This document shows, one piece after another, positions 28,469 to 37,677 of a DNA stretch of 64,000 bases. The first letter of the stretch is position 1. Each line of letters starts with the position of its first letter. This stretch comes from a virus (lineage: Duplodnaviria > Heunggongvirae > Uroviricota > Caudoviricetes), in IMG/VR virus record IMGVR_UViG_3300042303_000041, positions 70,648 through 134,647 of that record. One strand, written 5' to 3'. A program made the translations under genes and the position numbers. Under the pieces are notes generated by a model. That model did not search any database, was not told the DNA's origin, and worked only from the letters and a program-made list of their open reading frames with translations.

Positions 28469-28899
28469 GTATTCACCTCAGTTTTAATTTTCTTACCAAT
28501 GTTATATTTAGGAACAAGTTCCCAGTTTGCTTTGTCTTTATAAGACACAACTTTTATTTGAGACATAGATGCTTTTGGTTCTGCCTTAGCAGCAACTACG
28601 ATCTTTAATAGATCCCAATCCTGTAGCAGTACAGCAATAGCATTTCTGCGCTCAATATCTTCAATAGAAATATTCGACTCTTTACCGTCAAGAGCAAATA
28701 GTTCTTTAAAATGTACAATAAAATATCGACCTTGCTTATGTAAAATATGGCAAGATTGATATAATCTGTTATCCTTTTTTGAAGCGATTCCAATTCGTGT
28801 TAGTGTTTCTCTTACCTTCAGAAAGTTATCTGGTTCAGGTAGAGTGATCTCTAACATAGAATCAGGCTTCCAATCGTAGTAAATCATTTCGATTGTCAT
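28465..28899 (-). CDS. regA: Translational repressor RegA
   Basis: 144 aa; 'FLKVRETLTRIGIASKKDNRLYQSCHILHKQGRYFIVHFKELF' aligns to T4 RegA; lies downstream of gene 62 as in T4. Confidence 0.8.
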   Translation of the reverse strand: MTIEMIYYDWKPDSMLEITLPEPDNFLKVRETLTRIGIASKKDNRLYQSCHILHKQGRYFIVHFKELFALDGKESNISIEDIERRNAIAVLLQDWDLLKIVVAAKAEPKASMSQIKVVSYKDKANWELVPKYNIGKKIKTEVNT

Positions 28900-29276
28900 C
28901 GTCCACCTTTATATAGTTTTTCTTCTATTGTTTTCAATTGATCACTCGAGAGGATACTTAGAACACCTCTCGCCTTTTCGATGGAATAACCATAATATTC
29001 CACTACCAGATTCAATGTATGAGCATCGTCTTTTTTATGCCACTTGCTCATACGGCGCTTTCTGGGTATACTATTTAGTAGAAAATCAAACTGCCATTCC
29101 TTGGGGATATGGTGGTTGACGTTCATCTCATTAGCATACAGGACGGTATCATGAAAGTAAGATAAACCTCTGTTTACGATGAATGGGACGTAATCCTTAT
29201 TTGATTGTGCTGGATCCTCATCAAAGAGGTTTTCTTTAGAGTCATTAATGGCATTTAGGAAATCGAATGGTGTCAT
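28896..29276 (-). CDS. 62: Clamp-loader small subunit (gp62-like)
   Basis: 126 aa; 'IPRKRRMSKWHKK' resembles T4 gp62 'VPRGKRYGKWAK'; synteny 44-62-regA. Confidence 0.55.
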   Translation of the reverse strand: MTPFDFLNAINDSKENLFDEDPAQSNKDYVPFIVNRGLSYFHDTVLYANEMNVNHHIPKEWQFDFLLNSIPRKRRMSKWHKKDDAHTLNLVVEYYGYSIEKARGVLSILSSDQLKTIEEKLYKGGR

Positions 29277-29596
29277 TTGAAACCTACCTCTTTAAGATTA
29301 GCTTCAGGACATGCAAAAACCACACCAGGAAATCGACTCTTAAGTGCTTCTTCAAGTTCGTTTCGTGTATTTCCCTGTGCCATAAATGAGTTGTCTTCTA
29401 GGTTATAGACGAAGAATGTAGACTCAACCTTCTCAATAGAGATCTTAATATGTGTAGGATAGTCAGAATCATCGTCTTCCATATCCTCAAGTTCATCGAT
29501 CATATTTTTAATACGATGAACTGCTATAGTCTCTCGTAGCATCCACCCCGAGATAAAGCCACATACGAATACAATTACATAATATAAAGACTCCAT
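29273..29596 (-). CDS. Small protein with an N-terminal TM helix, inserted between genes 44 and 62
   Basis: 107 aa; hydrophobic N-terminus 'YYVIVFVCGFISGWML'. Confidence 0.4.
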   Translation of the reverse strand: MESLYYVIVFVCGFISGWMLRETIAVHRIKNMIDELEDMEDDDSDYPTHIKISIEKVESTFFVYNLEDNSFMAQGNTRNELEEALKSRFPGVVFACPEANLKEVGFK

Positions 29597-29603
29597 AGCT
29601 GAC

Positions 29604-30551
29604 TCACTTGAATTTGCATTGTGACATAACCTCAGTCAATGCTGCCATGATATTTAATTCATGATCAGCAACGAATGCAGCTTTGTATTGATAGTCTGCT
29701 AGGATAAGTACCAGTTGAGGAATAGAACCTGCTTCAAGCATATTGTTAGATTGATCATACAGAGTACGGAAAAGAGTAGTAGAATCTCCATCACTGGATT
29801 TTGCTACCCACTTACGAGTCTCAGTATAGTTCTTTTCTTTAAGAGCTTTGAATAGTTCTTTGTAAGTCTGATCAGACAGGTTAACCAGAATACCACTATC
29901 GATCTTTCCAGATACAGAGTAACGTTGCAACTCATTGAGAATACGACGATAGTCTGGAAAGTGCTTCATCACCAACTCGGCAACGACCTTAGAATCAAAG
30001 TCAATACCTTCTTGCGTCAAGATTTGAGTAGTGCGTTTAAAGAAAGTTGCTGCAATCTCTTGTTGTTCTTTCTTATCGATTTTAAATTCGATAACTGCGC
30101 AACGAGAGTGGATGGCATCCAGCAACTTGTTCTTAAAGTTACACGTGAAGATGAATCGGCAGTTGCTACTAAACTCTTCAATGAACGCACGCAACGCTGG
30201 TTGAGTAGAGTTAGGATTTAGGTAGTCTGCCTCATCTAGGATAACTACCTTCTTGGAATCTGTTAGAGAAATTGTTGAAGCAAACCCTTTGATTTTCGTA
30301 CGCAAAGTATCAATACCTGATTCTTCAGAACCGTTAATCATTAGATACTCTGCACCGATCTCATTACACAGTGCTTTTGCAACTGTGGTTTTTCCTACGC
30401 CTGCTGTTCCGCAGAACAAAAAGTGCGGGAGTTCTCCCTGAGCGATGTATTGTTTAAAGGTTGCTTTCAATGATTCTGGCAAAACACATTCATCAATTTT
30501 TTGTGGACGGTATTTCTCTACCCACAAAAACATATCACGTGATTCAATCAT
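29604..30551 (-). CDS. 44: Clamp-loader ATPase (gp44-like, RFC family)
   Basis: 315 aa; 'KYRPQKIDECVLP', Walker A 'GTAGVGKTT', 'SRC' motif; colinear with T4 gp44. Confidence 0.85.
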   Translation of the reverse strand: MIESRDMFLWVEKYRPQKIDECVLPESLKATFKQYIAQGELPHFLFCGTAGVGKTTVAKALCNEIGAEYLMINGSEESGIDTLRTKIKGFASTISLTDSKKVVILDEADYLNPNSTQPALRAFIEEFSSNCRFIFTCNFKNKLLDAIHSRCAVIEFKIDKKEQQEIAATFFKRTTQILTQEGIDFDSKVVAELVMKHFPDYRRILNELQRYSVSGKIDSGILVNLSDQTYKELFKALKEKNYTETRKWVAKSSDGDSTTLFRTLYDQSNNMLEAGSIPQLVLILADYQYKAAFVADHELNIMAALTEVMSQCKFK

Positions 30552-30554
30552 AAT

Positions 30555-30848
30555 TTAGTCTTTCAAAAATTCAAATAAAGATGCTGTGGATTTTTCTTTA
30601 GTCTCTTTATATTTACCATTGGTGGCAATATAGCATTTAGCATGGTATGGTCTCATATGAGAACCATGCTTACGTTTAGGTTTACTTTCTTTGTAGGCTT
30701 CTGACAAATAAACATCTTCACCACAAACTTTACATTTAACTGTAGTAAACTCTGCCTTACCATAAACAGTCATATGTTTATAGGAATCAGGGGACTCTCT
30801 CCACAACTTCGCATCCAAGTCTTTCAACTTAGGCATAATATATTCCAA
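30555..30848 (-). CDS. Small zinc-ribbon-like protein inserted between genes 45 and 44
   Basis: 97 aa; 'CKVCGEDVY...HAKCY' Cys/His cluster, basic. Confidence 0.4.
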   Translation of the reverse strand: MEYIMPKLKDLDAKLWRESPDSYKHMTVYGKAEFTTVKCKVCGEDVYLSEAYKESKPKRKHGSHMRPYHAKCYIATNGKYKETKEKSTASLFEFLKD

Positions 30849-30856
30849 AAGGTTAA

Positions 30857-31519
30857 TTAGGCATCAAAAGTAGAGTCAGCTTCAACAGCAACATAGTAAA
30901 CTAAGTCACCAGTGATGCTCTTAAAGCGAGAGATTTTCTTGCTGGAAATACTTACAGCATAATCACCTGGAAGCATCTTTAGGTTATCAACCTTTAGGTT
31001 AACGTGGAATGTTTTATCAGTTGCACCAACTGGTTCTGAGAAGGAGTTGCTTGATGCATTCTTCTTATCACCAACTTGGATATCCAAGACAGTTCCGTCA
31101 CCGATGATAGAAATATCTTCAGAACGCAGAACAGATGCAGTACGCTTGATCATTTCAAGCATAGATGCAGTTAGGGTAAAGTTAACCTCAGCTTCTGGGA
31201 AGTTGATGCTTTTTGTAGGTGCGGTTAGAACAGATGGTTCTGCACCGTAGAATTTGATACGGCGAGAGCCTTCTTTGATAGTTACAAACTTCTCGGTAAA
31301 GTCAAGTTCAGGATCATTGAACAGCGACATTGCACCAAGGAATTCATTTAAGTCATAGATACCAAAAGTCTCTGGGAAGGTTTCAGCAACAGTGGCGTCA
31401 GACATAACGTTTTTCTGTGCAGAAATGGTTGAAATCTTATTGCCTTCTTTAAGCAAAAGATTATTGTTGACTTGAGCAAAGTTCTTAAAGATTGCTGTAG
31501 TTTCTTTGGATAATTTCAT
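30857..31519 (-). CDS. 45: Sliding clamp (gp45-like)
   Basis: 220 aa; N-terminal 'MKLSKETTAIFKNFAQVNN' and 'YDLNEFLGAMSL' align to T4 gp45; C-terminal 'YYVAVEADSTFD' matches T4 'YVVALEADSTHDF'. Confidence 0.85.
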   Translation of the reverse strand: MKLSKETTAIFKNFAQVNNNLLLKEGNKISTISAQKNVMSDATVAETFPETFGIYDLNEFLGAMSLFNDPELDFTEKFVTIKEGSRRIKFYGAEPSVLTAPTKSINFPEAEVNFTLTASMLEMIKRTASVLRSEDISIIGDGTVLDIQVGDKKNASSNSFSEPVGATDKTFHVNLKVDNLKMLPGDYAVSISSKKISRFKSITGDLVYYVAVEADSTFDA

Positions 31520-31595
31520 AGGGGTTCCTTTTCATTAGTTTCATTACTATGTATAAACAATTATGCCCTAAAACAAAGTTTAGGGCAAATTTATT

Positions 31596-32393
31596 TTACT
31601 TAGTCATCATTAGTGCATTGAAGTTGCTAGGCACGACAATGGTTTGTACCTTACCAGTTTTAATACCTTCAGAGATATTCAACATAGCTTGGGCTTGCAT
31701 AAAGGCGATAGAACTACCAGAGTTGTTAGCCAATGCTGCCATACGACGAGACTCAGCTTCAGCAGTCTTAACTTCTACTTCTTTCTGCTTCAATTCATTC
31801 TTAGCTTTGACTAATTCGTTGGCACTTGCAACAACTGAGTCAGCTGGAACTACGTTACGAATCAACACTTGGCTAATAGTAATAGAACCATCCAGCTTTT
31901 CTTCTGCAAGGTTACGAGTGATTTCGTCCTTGATAAAGTTTTCCATATCACTACGTGCATCTGCCATATCCAATGCTTCGTACTTACGAGCTGCTTTGTA
32001 GATAGAGTTACGAGCATTCTGCACAATGTAATTATACATCACATAGGTGTCACCTTTGATTTCAGCGTGGAAACTTTTGTTCTTAGTCGAATACAATTCA
32101 GCAACTTGTCCTGGATTGACGTTATAGACTACGACCGCATCTAAGTCTTTCATGGTGGAGTTATCCTTAGTGACTGGTGTCATGTCGTTAAGCACAACGT
32201 TCACATCCTTGATAGGGAATGTAAGTATATCACCAATCAATACCTGATTGAACGAACCTGGAAGCAATTCTCCACTTTGGACTTGCTTGTCAAAGCCAAC
32301 ACGCACACCAACTTCACCAGTCTCGATTCGAGTGCATGCTTGCAAAGAAGCAACAGCCAAAATCAATGCACCAATTTTCATAAACGATTTCAT
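31596..32393 (-). CDS. SPFH/band-7 (stomatin/prohibitin-like) lipoprotein
   Basis: Signal peptide plus lipobox-like 'LQAC'; SPFH-like core with a C-terminal coiled coil; the track start (TTG at 32399) probably should be the ATG at 32393. Confidence 0.6.
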   Translation of the reverse strand: MKSFMKIGALILAVASLQACTRIETGEVGVRVGFDKQVQSGELLPGSFNQVLIGDILTFPIKDVNVVLNDMTPVTKDNSTMKDLDAVVVYNVNPGQVAELYSTKNKSFHAEIKGDTYVMYNYIVQNARNSIYKAARKYEALDMADARSDMENFIKDEITRNLAEEKLDGSITISQVLIRNVVPADSVVASANELVKAKNELKQKEVEVKTAEAESRRMAALANNSGSSIAFMQAQAMLNISEGIKTGKVQTIVVPSNFNALMMTK

Positions 32394-32402
32394 AATCAAC
32401 CT

Positions 32403-32579
32403 TTAAAATAAAACAACAATACCAACAAGGAATGCGATAACAACAAGAGATAAAGCCATACTGTATGAGAAAGTCTTAGCAGCATCCCATTTTTCAGATT
32501 TGGTCATTTTGTTGAATGCTTCAATACCAAAATAGAACGCAGCAAAAACTAAAACAAACGCTAGTAAAATTTTAATCAT
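32403..32579 (-). CDS. Unannotated 58-aa two-TM membrane protein (NfeD-like partner of the SPFH protein?)
   Basis: Manual translation MIKILLAFVLVFAAFYFGIEAFNKMTKSEKWDAAKTFSYSMALSLVVIAFLVGIVVLF; stop lies 10 nt before the SPFH ATG; below the ORF-track size cutoff. Confidence 0.5.
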   Translation of the reverse strand: MIKILLAFVLVFAAFYFGIEAFNKMTKSEKWDAAKTFSYSMALSLVVIAFLVGIVVLF

Positions 32580-32915
32580 TTAGTTTTCCACAGAGTATTT
32601 CACATCATGTTCGTACAAGAAAAACAAACAGCACATAGCATGAGCCAAGTGGTGGATATTAGATTCTGGATCGATTTGTTCGCCAGCTTTCCATGCCCAA
32701 ATATGTCTTTCCATTGCATCAAAATAACGACGCTTAGAATCTGGGACATTCTTCCAATTGTCTGGTTCGTATTTCTCTGCGCCAAAGGTCAATACCTTGA
32801 CCATCTCTGCCATAGCAAGTGGTGGGATAAGTCCATACTGGAGTTTGCCTCCATCGAACTTACGCCCACCACTACTGGCTAATTGAGATCGTTTAACTTC
32901 TTCCAATGTAGCCAT
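32580..32915 (-). CDS. Conserved phage domain protein (resembles the N-terminal domain of dATP/dGTP diphosphohydrolase family proteins)
   Basis: 111 aa; 'KFDGGKLQYGLIPPLAMAEMVKVLTFGAEKYEPDNW' pattern recalled from that family; assignment tentative. Confidence 0.35.
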   Translation of the reverse strand: MATLEEVKRSQLASSGGRKFDGGKLQYGLIPPLAMAEMVKVLTFGAEKYEPDNWKNVPDSKRRYFDAMERHIWAWKAGEQIDPESNIHHLAHAMCCLFFLYEHDVKYSVEN

Positions 32916-32924
32916 GATTTATTC

Positions 32925-33173
32925 TTAGGCTTGGAACGCACGAGTACCAAGAACTCGATTTGCAACTGCAACCATACGCTTGCTTGGAGTGCCAATGCGG
33001 TACTCTACCGTGTCAGCGCCAGCACGACGATTGCTGTAAATGCAATGCCCTTGATTGCGCAACTTGTAAATTGCATCGTGAGGATTGGTCAAGCCAAAAC
33101 CAGAAACGATATCTCGTGAAGTTACGGTGTGACCTGTAACCAAGTAATTAAGCAGCTTTGTTTGTTTAGTCAT
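32925..33173 (-). CDS. Small helix-turn-helix/winged-helix DNA-binding protein
   Basis: 82 aa; basic, 'LLNYLVTGHTVTSRDIVSGFGLTNPHDAIYKLRNQG' HTH-like. Confidence 0.45.
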   Translation of the reverse strand: MTKQTKLLNYLVTGHTVTSRDIVSGFGLTNPHDAIYKLRNQGHCIYSNRRAGADTVEYRIGTPSKRMVAVANRVLGTRAFQA

Positions 33174-33218
33174 AAAATTCCTATATGGATTATAAAATGG
33201 GACAGGATGTCCCAGGGA

Positions 33219-33701
33219 TTATTCTACTTCGATACCATTCTCGCGAAGGATAGCGTTGAAGTCTTCGTAGTCCTGATCAAAAGTCTCGGACTGACCGATT
33301 ACATCTTGTAGACGATTCTTATCAGCAACAGGGGCTGATGCGACCTTAGAGGTCTTCTTGGCTACCTTTGCAGTAGCCTTAACTGCTTTGACCTTTGGAG
33401 TCTTAGCAACTTTCGCAGCCTTCACAGGCTTCGTTGCTGCATCTTTCGTGTATTGAGAAAGTTCAGCAGCAGTCGGCACGGGGAATGCGTACACACCACG
33501 GTCGACTTTGTTGGGACCAAACAACCAGTTTGGATAACCAACCTTTGCGCCACCAGAGTCTCGCTTGGAAGCGAGTTCAGCAGCAATTGAATTGACTTCT
33601 TTCAGAGTGATTTGGGCACTCTTCTTCAGAGAAGGATTGTGCTCAACGTAAGCAACAACCATCTTTTTCTGGGACATGGACAAGTCAGCGAATTTCAACA
33701 T
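33219..33701 (-). CDS. Histone-H1-like DNA-binding protein with K/A/P-rich repeats
   Basis: 160 aa; 'KPVKAAKVAKTPKVKAVKATAKVAKKTSKVA' repeat tract; N-terminal motif 'VDRGVYAFPVP' shared with the CobS-like ORF. Confidence 0.5.
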   Translation of the reverse strand: MLKFADLSMSQKKMVVAYVEHNPSLKKSAQITLKEVNSIAAELASKRDSGGAKVGYPNWLFGPNKVDRGVYAFPVPTAAELSQYTKDAATKPVKAAKVAKTPKVKAVKATAKVAKKTSKVASAPVADKNRLQDVIGQSETFDQDYEDFNAILRENGIEVE

Positions 33702-33736
33702 AATATATTCCTTTGAGTTTCAAGTTTTGATAAGTT

Positions 33737-33766
33737 ATTATACAACAATTACGAATTAAAGTCAAC
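33737..33766 (-). promoter_or_regulatory. Sigma70/T4-early-type promoter variant (GTTGAC-18-TATAAT) upstream of the H1-like gene
   Basis: Minus strand GGTGTTGACTTTAATTCGTAATTGTTGTATAAT; paralog of the cassette at 26896. Confidence 0.5.
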
Positions 33767-33775
33767 ACCTTCTTG

Positions 33776-34918
33776 TTAGAAGGGGATTTCTTCTTCAGTT
33801 TTGTATTCTGGTGCACTAGGTGCAACAGCTACAGGCTCAGGGGTAGAAACCTTCTCGAACAGATCCAAGAATGCAACTTTCGTAGCAGCGTCAAAACGAT
33901 TGCAACAAAGTTGCACTGCCTTGGTGCGATCCTTGAAGATTGCAAAGGCACGAACAATGTGAATCATACGACGTGTAGTGATTGTCTCGTCGACACCACC
34001 GTCCTCGAAAGTACGGCGAATTGCTTCTGCCCACTTTACAAGGGTTTCTGCGAAATCCTCATCAACTGCATTAAAGGACTCCATCAGATTCTTAATAATT
34101 TTGACTTCGATTTTTGCGGAAGGATATTCCTGTTCGAATGTAACAGCGAAACGTTCCAAGAATGCTTCGTTCAGCACGTTAGTACCGATGTAACGACCAT
34201 CGTCTGAACCTTTACCCTTAGTGTTTGCAGTGGCGAAAACGTTGAATCCAGGAGCAGGAACTACCATCTCGTTCTTGAGTTTAAAGTAGTATGGCTTACC
34301 TTCAAGAATAGGTTGCAAGCACAGCAAGGTGTTTGCGGAACCAGCATCGATCTCGTCAAGCAACAGTGCGGTACCATTGCGCATTGCAATCAGCACTGGA
34401 CCTTCGACAACTTCTACGTTACCATCGGTCAAAGTCTTGGAACCGATAAGTTGTTCCTCGTCTGTCATCATGTTCAGGTTAACACGAATGAGAGGACGTT
34501 TGTGCTTGGCACAGATTTGCTCAATCATAGTGGACTTACCATTGCCAGTAGGACCAGAGATATATGCAGGATAGAAAATTTTGGACTTGATAATGTTCTC
34601 TAGGTCTGGGTAGTTACCAAATGGAACAAAGTTCGAATCCTTCTTAGGGATCAAAGAATCCAAGTTGCTGTAGTCTACAATGAAGGACTCAACAACTTCT
34701 TCTTTGGGAACTACTGCAAGATTAGTTGCACGACCAGGCAAGGCATACACGCCACGACTGACTCGGTTTTGCATCAACCAACGTGGTTGTTTCTTAGTGT
34801 CAAGTGCACGCATCGTATCCAGCAATTGCTGGTTCAATACAGTACCAGACACAGCCACATCGGGGAACATCTCATACAGTTTACCCTCGAACTCAGTCAC
34901 AAAATTTGCATCACTCAT
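33776..34918 (-). CDS. cobS: MoxR/CobS-like AAA+ ATPase
   Basis: 380 aa; Walker A 'GPTGNGKST', Walker B 'LLLDEID', compact AAA+ core of CobS/MoxR type; paired with a vWA protein. Confidence 0.65.
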   Translation of the reverse strand: MSDANFVTEFEGKLYEMFPDVAVSGTVLNQQLLDTMRALDTKKQPRWLMQNRVSRGVYALPGRATNLAVVPKEEVVESFIVDYSNLDSLIPKKDSNFVPFGNYPDLENIIKSKIFYPAYISGPTGNGKSTMIEQICAKHKRPLIRVNLNMMTDEEQLIGSKTLTDGNVEVVEGPVLIAMRNGTALLLDEIDAGSANTLLCLQPILEGKPYYFKLKNEMVVPAPGFNVFATANTKGKGSDDGRYIGTNVLNEAFLERFAVTFEQEYPSAKIEVKIIKNLMESFNAVDEDFAETLVKWAEAIRRTFEDGGVDETITTRRMIHIVRAFAIFKDRTKAVQLCCNRFDAATKVAFLDLFEKVSTPEPVAVAPSAPEYKTEEEIPF

Positions 34919-34940
34919 AAAATCTCCATAACAAAAACAT

Positions 34941-34970
34941 ATTATATATCAAGTCACAATTAAAGTCAAG
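34941..34970 (-). promoter_or_regulatory. Sigma70-type promoter variant (CTTGAC-18-TATAAT) upstream of the CobS-like gene
   Basis: Minus strand GATGCTTGACTTTAATTGTGACTTGATATATAAT. Confidence 0.45.
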
Positions 34971-35172
34971 CATCTTTTTCCATGCGCTCTCTAGCTTGTC
35001 GTAAAGAGCGCATCACTTCAGCTTGCTTATGCTTTGGCAAGTCTGCAACCAAACCTGCGATTATCGACTCGTAGGTGCCAGTCACGTAAGAATACGTGGC
35101 GTAGGTATCCATACACAGCTGCGAAGTGACACGCAATTCGGCAGCAACATCGCTATAAGTAACTTTAGACAT
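34966..35172 (-). CDS. Hypothetical small protein (68 aa)
   Basis: ORF track. Confidence 0.35.
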   Translation of the reverse strand: MSKVTYSDVAAELRVTSQLCMDTYATYSYVTGTYESIIAGLVADLPKHKQAEVMRSLRQARERMEKDA

Positions 35173-35186
35173 TCTTTTCTCCTAAT

Positions 35187-35438
35187 TTAAGCAGCAACCA
35201 CTTCACGAGAGTACCAACCATTGCGTTCGATTTTGCGTTTCGCAGACATCATTTTCTTACGAAAAGCCATGAATTCTGGAGTGGGATCTGCGTTGATACC
35301 ACCAAGAGCCATCATAGCCAACAGAGCAGCATCACGTTTGGCATAAGTTTCAACAGCATGCAGAGGGATCAACACTTGTCGAGCCGAACCATGGCCATGG
35401 GCATCTTTAAACACAGGGCTGGTATAGATCACTTTCAT
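35187..35438 (-). CDS. Hypothetical 83-aa protein (start refined to MKVIY; the track ORF begins inside the promoter -10)
   Basis: RBS-like 'AAAGGAAACGAA' precedes the ATG at 35438; the leader is paralogous to the 26865 gene leader. Confidence 0.4.
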   Translation of the reverse strand: MKVIYTSPVFKDAHGHGSARQVLIPLHAVETYAKRDAALLAMMALGGINADPTPEFMAFRKKMMSAKRKIERNGWYSREVVAA

Positions 35439-35468
35439 TTCGTTTCCTTTTCGATTCATCATAGAGTT

Positions 35469-35498
35469 ATTATACATCAGAACCGAATTAAAGTAAAC
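35469..35498 (-). promoter_or_regulatory. T4-early-type promoter (GTTTAC-18-TATAAT), cassette copy
   Basis: Minus strand GGTGTTTACTTTAATTCGGTTCTGATGTATAAT, identical to the 26896 copy. Confidence 0.6.
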
Positions 35499-35500
35499 AC

Positions 35501-35517
35501 CCTACTACCAGTAGGGT
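35501..35517 (-). terminator. Stem-loop CCCTAC-n5-GTAGGG followed on the coding strand by a U-rich tract (UGUUUACUUUAAUU) that overlaps the -35
   Basis: Read directly; follows the stop of the 712-aa gene. Confidence 0.5.
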
Positions 35518-35535
35518 TATTCGTTTACTTTCGTT

Positions 35536-37674
35536 TTAGGCTACGTATCCAATAAATTTATTCAAGAGCACTCGAGAAGTCATTTTATTGTTAAGATGTT
35601 TAGTCAAACTACGTGCAATTGCTTTAGCAGTTTGATCGCCATTAACACTAAGTTCATCAGTATTAGTTTCCAGCTTATTAGTTGGAACAATAAACAAGTC
35701 ATCACGACCAGTATTCTTTAAAGAAGCAAAGCCATTAGTACGAATTTCGGTACGCATAATCTCTATCATAGTATCAAAGTTACCCTTAAAATCAGGAATA
35801 TTACTTTTAATTGCTTGAGACAAAACTCGACGAGAATTATTACAAACATAAAACCCAATAGTATTAATGTTGTAACGATCTTTAATCATTTTAAGAATCG
35901 CATGAGTTTGCACAGATCCGTCACGACTAATAGGATAATTCTTTTTAGTTACAGGGTCTTGCAAAAAGTTTTTGCAGTTAATCTTCTTTGAAGAAGTATA
36001 ACTATAACGATATGCATCAAGATTACTACCATCAGAGGTTACTAATGAACCACCTTCGCCATCTGTAAGAGTAATAAGAGACATTTTCTCTACATTATTC
36101 TTTTGGATAAACGTATTGATATATGGAACCATATATGCCAGTGCTTCATTCAGTGGTGTACCACCTGTAGAATATTCCCCATTTTTGCAATAACGCAATT
36201 TATGGAAACTATTTAAACGACGAATCATAGTATTGAATTCTACATTAGACATTTTGTTAGAGAAGAACTCCATCAAAGCAAATGTATGTACAGCATTACT
36301 TAACTTCTTATCAGTATTGGGAGAATAAAAAGCATTACGAATATCATTCATTTTACCTTGTTCACCAGTTAACAGTGGATCATATTGCGTAGTGAAAGCA
36401 AATACCTGATAAGGAATCTGAGCACGCTGGCAAAACATAGCCAAGTTAATAACCTGTTTAATGGTATCATCCAAAACATAATCCATTGAACCAGACCAGT
36501 CCAGCAAGAAAATCATACCATGATTTTTACCTTGCTGAGTAGTAGTCATACGTTTGAACAAGTCATCTTTGAGTTTGTATGCCCAAACTTTCTTCATATC
36601 CAACGAACCGATACGAGATATTTGGGCACGTTTGTAGCTGGTAGCGGACTTGCGCATCTCAAATTCTTTAATCAAATACCCAACTACCTTAGAAGAATCA
36701 TCTTTGTAGGATTGAATATTCTTTTTCTCATACTCAGAAATATCTTCATCGATTGGAGCAGTATCAGCAATAACTTGTTTATACGCAATGATAGGATTAA
36801 ATTGATAATTCTCATCCAGAGTATAGTAGTTATACTCAGTGTTTTCATCAGCATAAACTTCAAGATTCTTAGAGAAGGTTTTCTCAGTTACAGATTCTAA
36901 TTCTTTTTCAATCTGTTCTTCAGTGACGTTCTCACGAACCTGTACTGCTTTACGTGCACGTTTTGGTTCATCGCTTTGTTCAGTTTCAGTTTCATCGTCG
37001 TCTACAAAAACAATTTCAGACTCGTCATCCTCGTACTCAGAATCATAGTCATCTTCTTCGTTATCTTCTTCGTCTTCATCCTCAACAGTATTCTGAATTA
37101 TCAGTTTACGCACAGCAGCTGCTGCCTTAGAATATTGATAAATTTCTTCAGCCAATTGATGAACTTCAGGAATAGTTTCTGTTTTCTCAGCACGATTAAC
37201 AAAGTCGCATTCATCGCTATTGAACGATACACCACAATCGTATCCAGCTTTGAAGTAAAGGTTGATTCGATCGATAAGGTTCAGAGTAGACATATCTGAA
37301 ATTTTAGATACACCAAAGAAGTCTCGTTCATTGAGTTCTTTGTAACCTTCGTGCATGGTTTTACGAATGCCAGGGAACTTGCGCTTCATCAACTTCTCAA
37401 TACGCACGTCTTCCAGCACGTTGAGATAACCTTTAATGTTACGGTTAGTCTCCATTGGGGTGATGTAGTCTTCAGTCGTGTAAAGTGCGTGACCGACTTC
37501 GTGACCAATAAGCATACCCTCCATGGCTGGAGTCATGTCTTTCCATTGGGGAAGTGACAGCACACGAGACTTGATGTCAAACGATGCAGTGCTAACACGT
37601 GCACGAACAACGGTGATGTTCTCAGCTGCAAGCAAACGTGCAGCGATGTCGGAGGAGTTCAGTTTAGTAGTCAT
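35536..37674 (-). CDS. cobT: CobT-like von Willebrand factor A (vWA) protein with an N-terminal HEVGH zincin-like motif and a central acidic tract
   Basis: 712 aa; MIDAS 'LLDWSGSM' in the C-terminal half; 'HEVGHALYTTEDY...LNVLED' near the N-terminus; 'DEDEEDNEEDDYDSEYEDDESE' acidic stretch. Confidence 0.55.
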   Translation of the reverse strand: MTTKLNSSDIAARLLAAENITVVRARVSTASFDIKSRVLSLPQWKDMTPAMEGMLIGHEVGHALYTTEDYITPMETNRNIKGYLNVLEDVRIEKLMKRKFPGIRKTMHEGYKELNERDFFGVSKISDMSTLNLIDRINLYFKAGYDCGVSFNSDECDFVNRAEKTETIPEVHQLAEEIYQYSKAAAAVRKLIIQNTVEDEDEEDNEEDDYDSEYEDDESEIVFVDDDETETEQSDEPKRARKAVQVRENVTEEQIEKELESVTEKTFSKNLEVYADENTEYNYYTLDENYQFNPIIAYKQVIADTAPIDEDISEYEKKNIQSYKDDSSKVVGYLIKEFEMRKSATSYKRAQISRIGSLDMKKVWAYKLKDDLFKRMTTTQQGKNHGMIFLLDWSGSMDYVLDDTIKQVINLAMFCQRAQIPYQVFAFTTQYDPLLTGEQGKMNDIRNAFYSPNTDKKLSNAVHTFALMEFFSNKMSNVEFNTMIRRLNSFHKLRYCKNGEYSTGGTPLNEALAYMVPYINTFIQKNNVEKMSLITLTDGEGGSLVTSDGSNLDAYRYSYTSSKKINCKNFLQDPVTKKNYPISRDGSVQTHAILKMIKDRYNINTIGFYVCNNSRRVLSQAIKSNIPDFKGNFDTMIEIMRTEIRTNGFASLKNTGRDDLFIVPTNKLETNTDELSVNGDQTAKAIARSLTKHLNNKMTSRVLLNKFIGYVA

Positions 37675-37677
37675 AGA

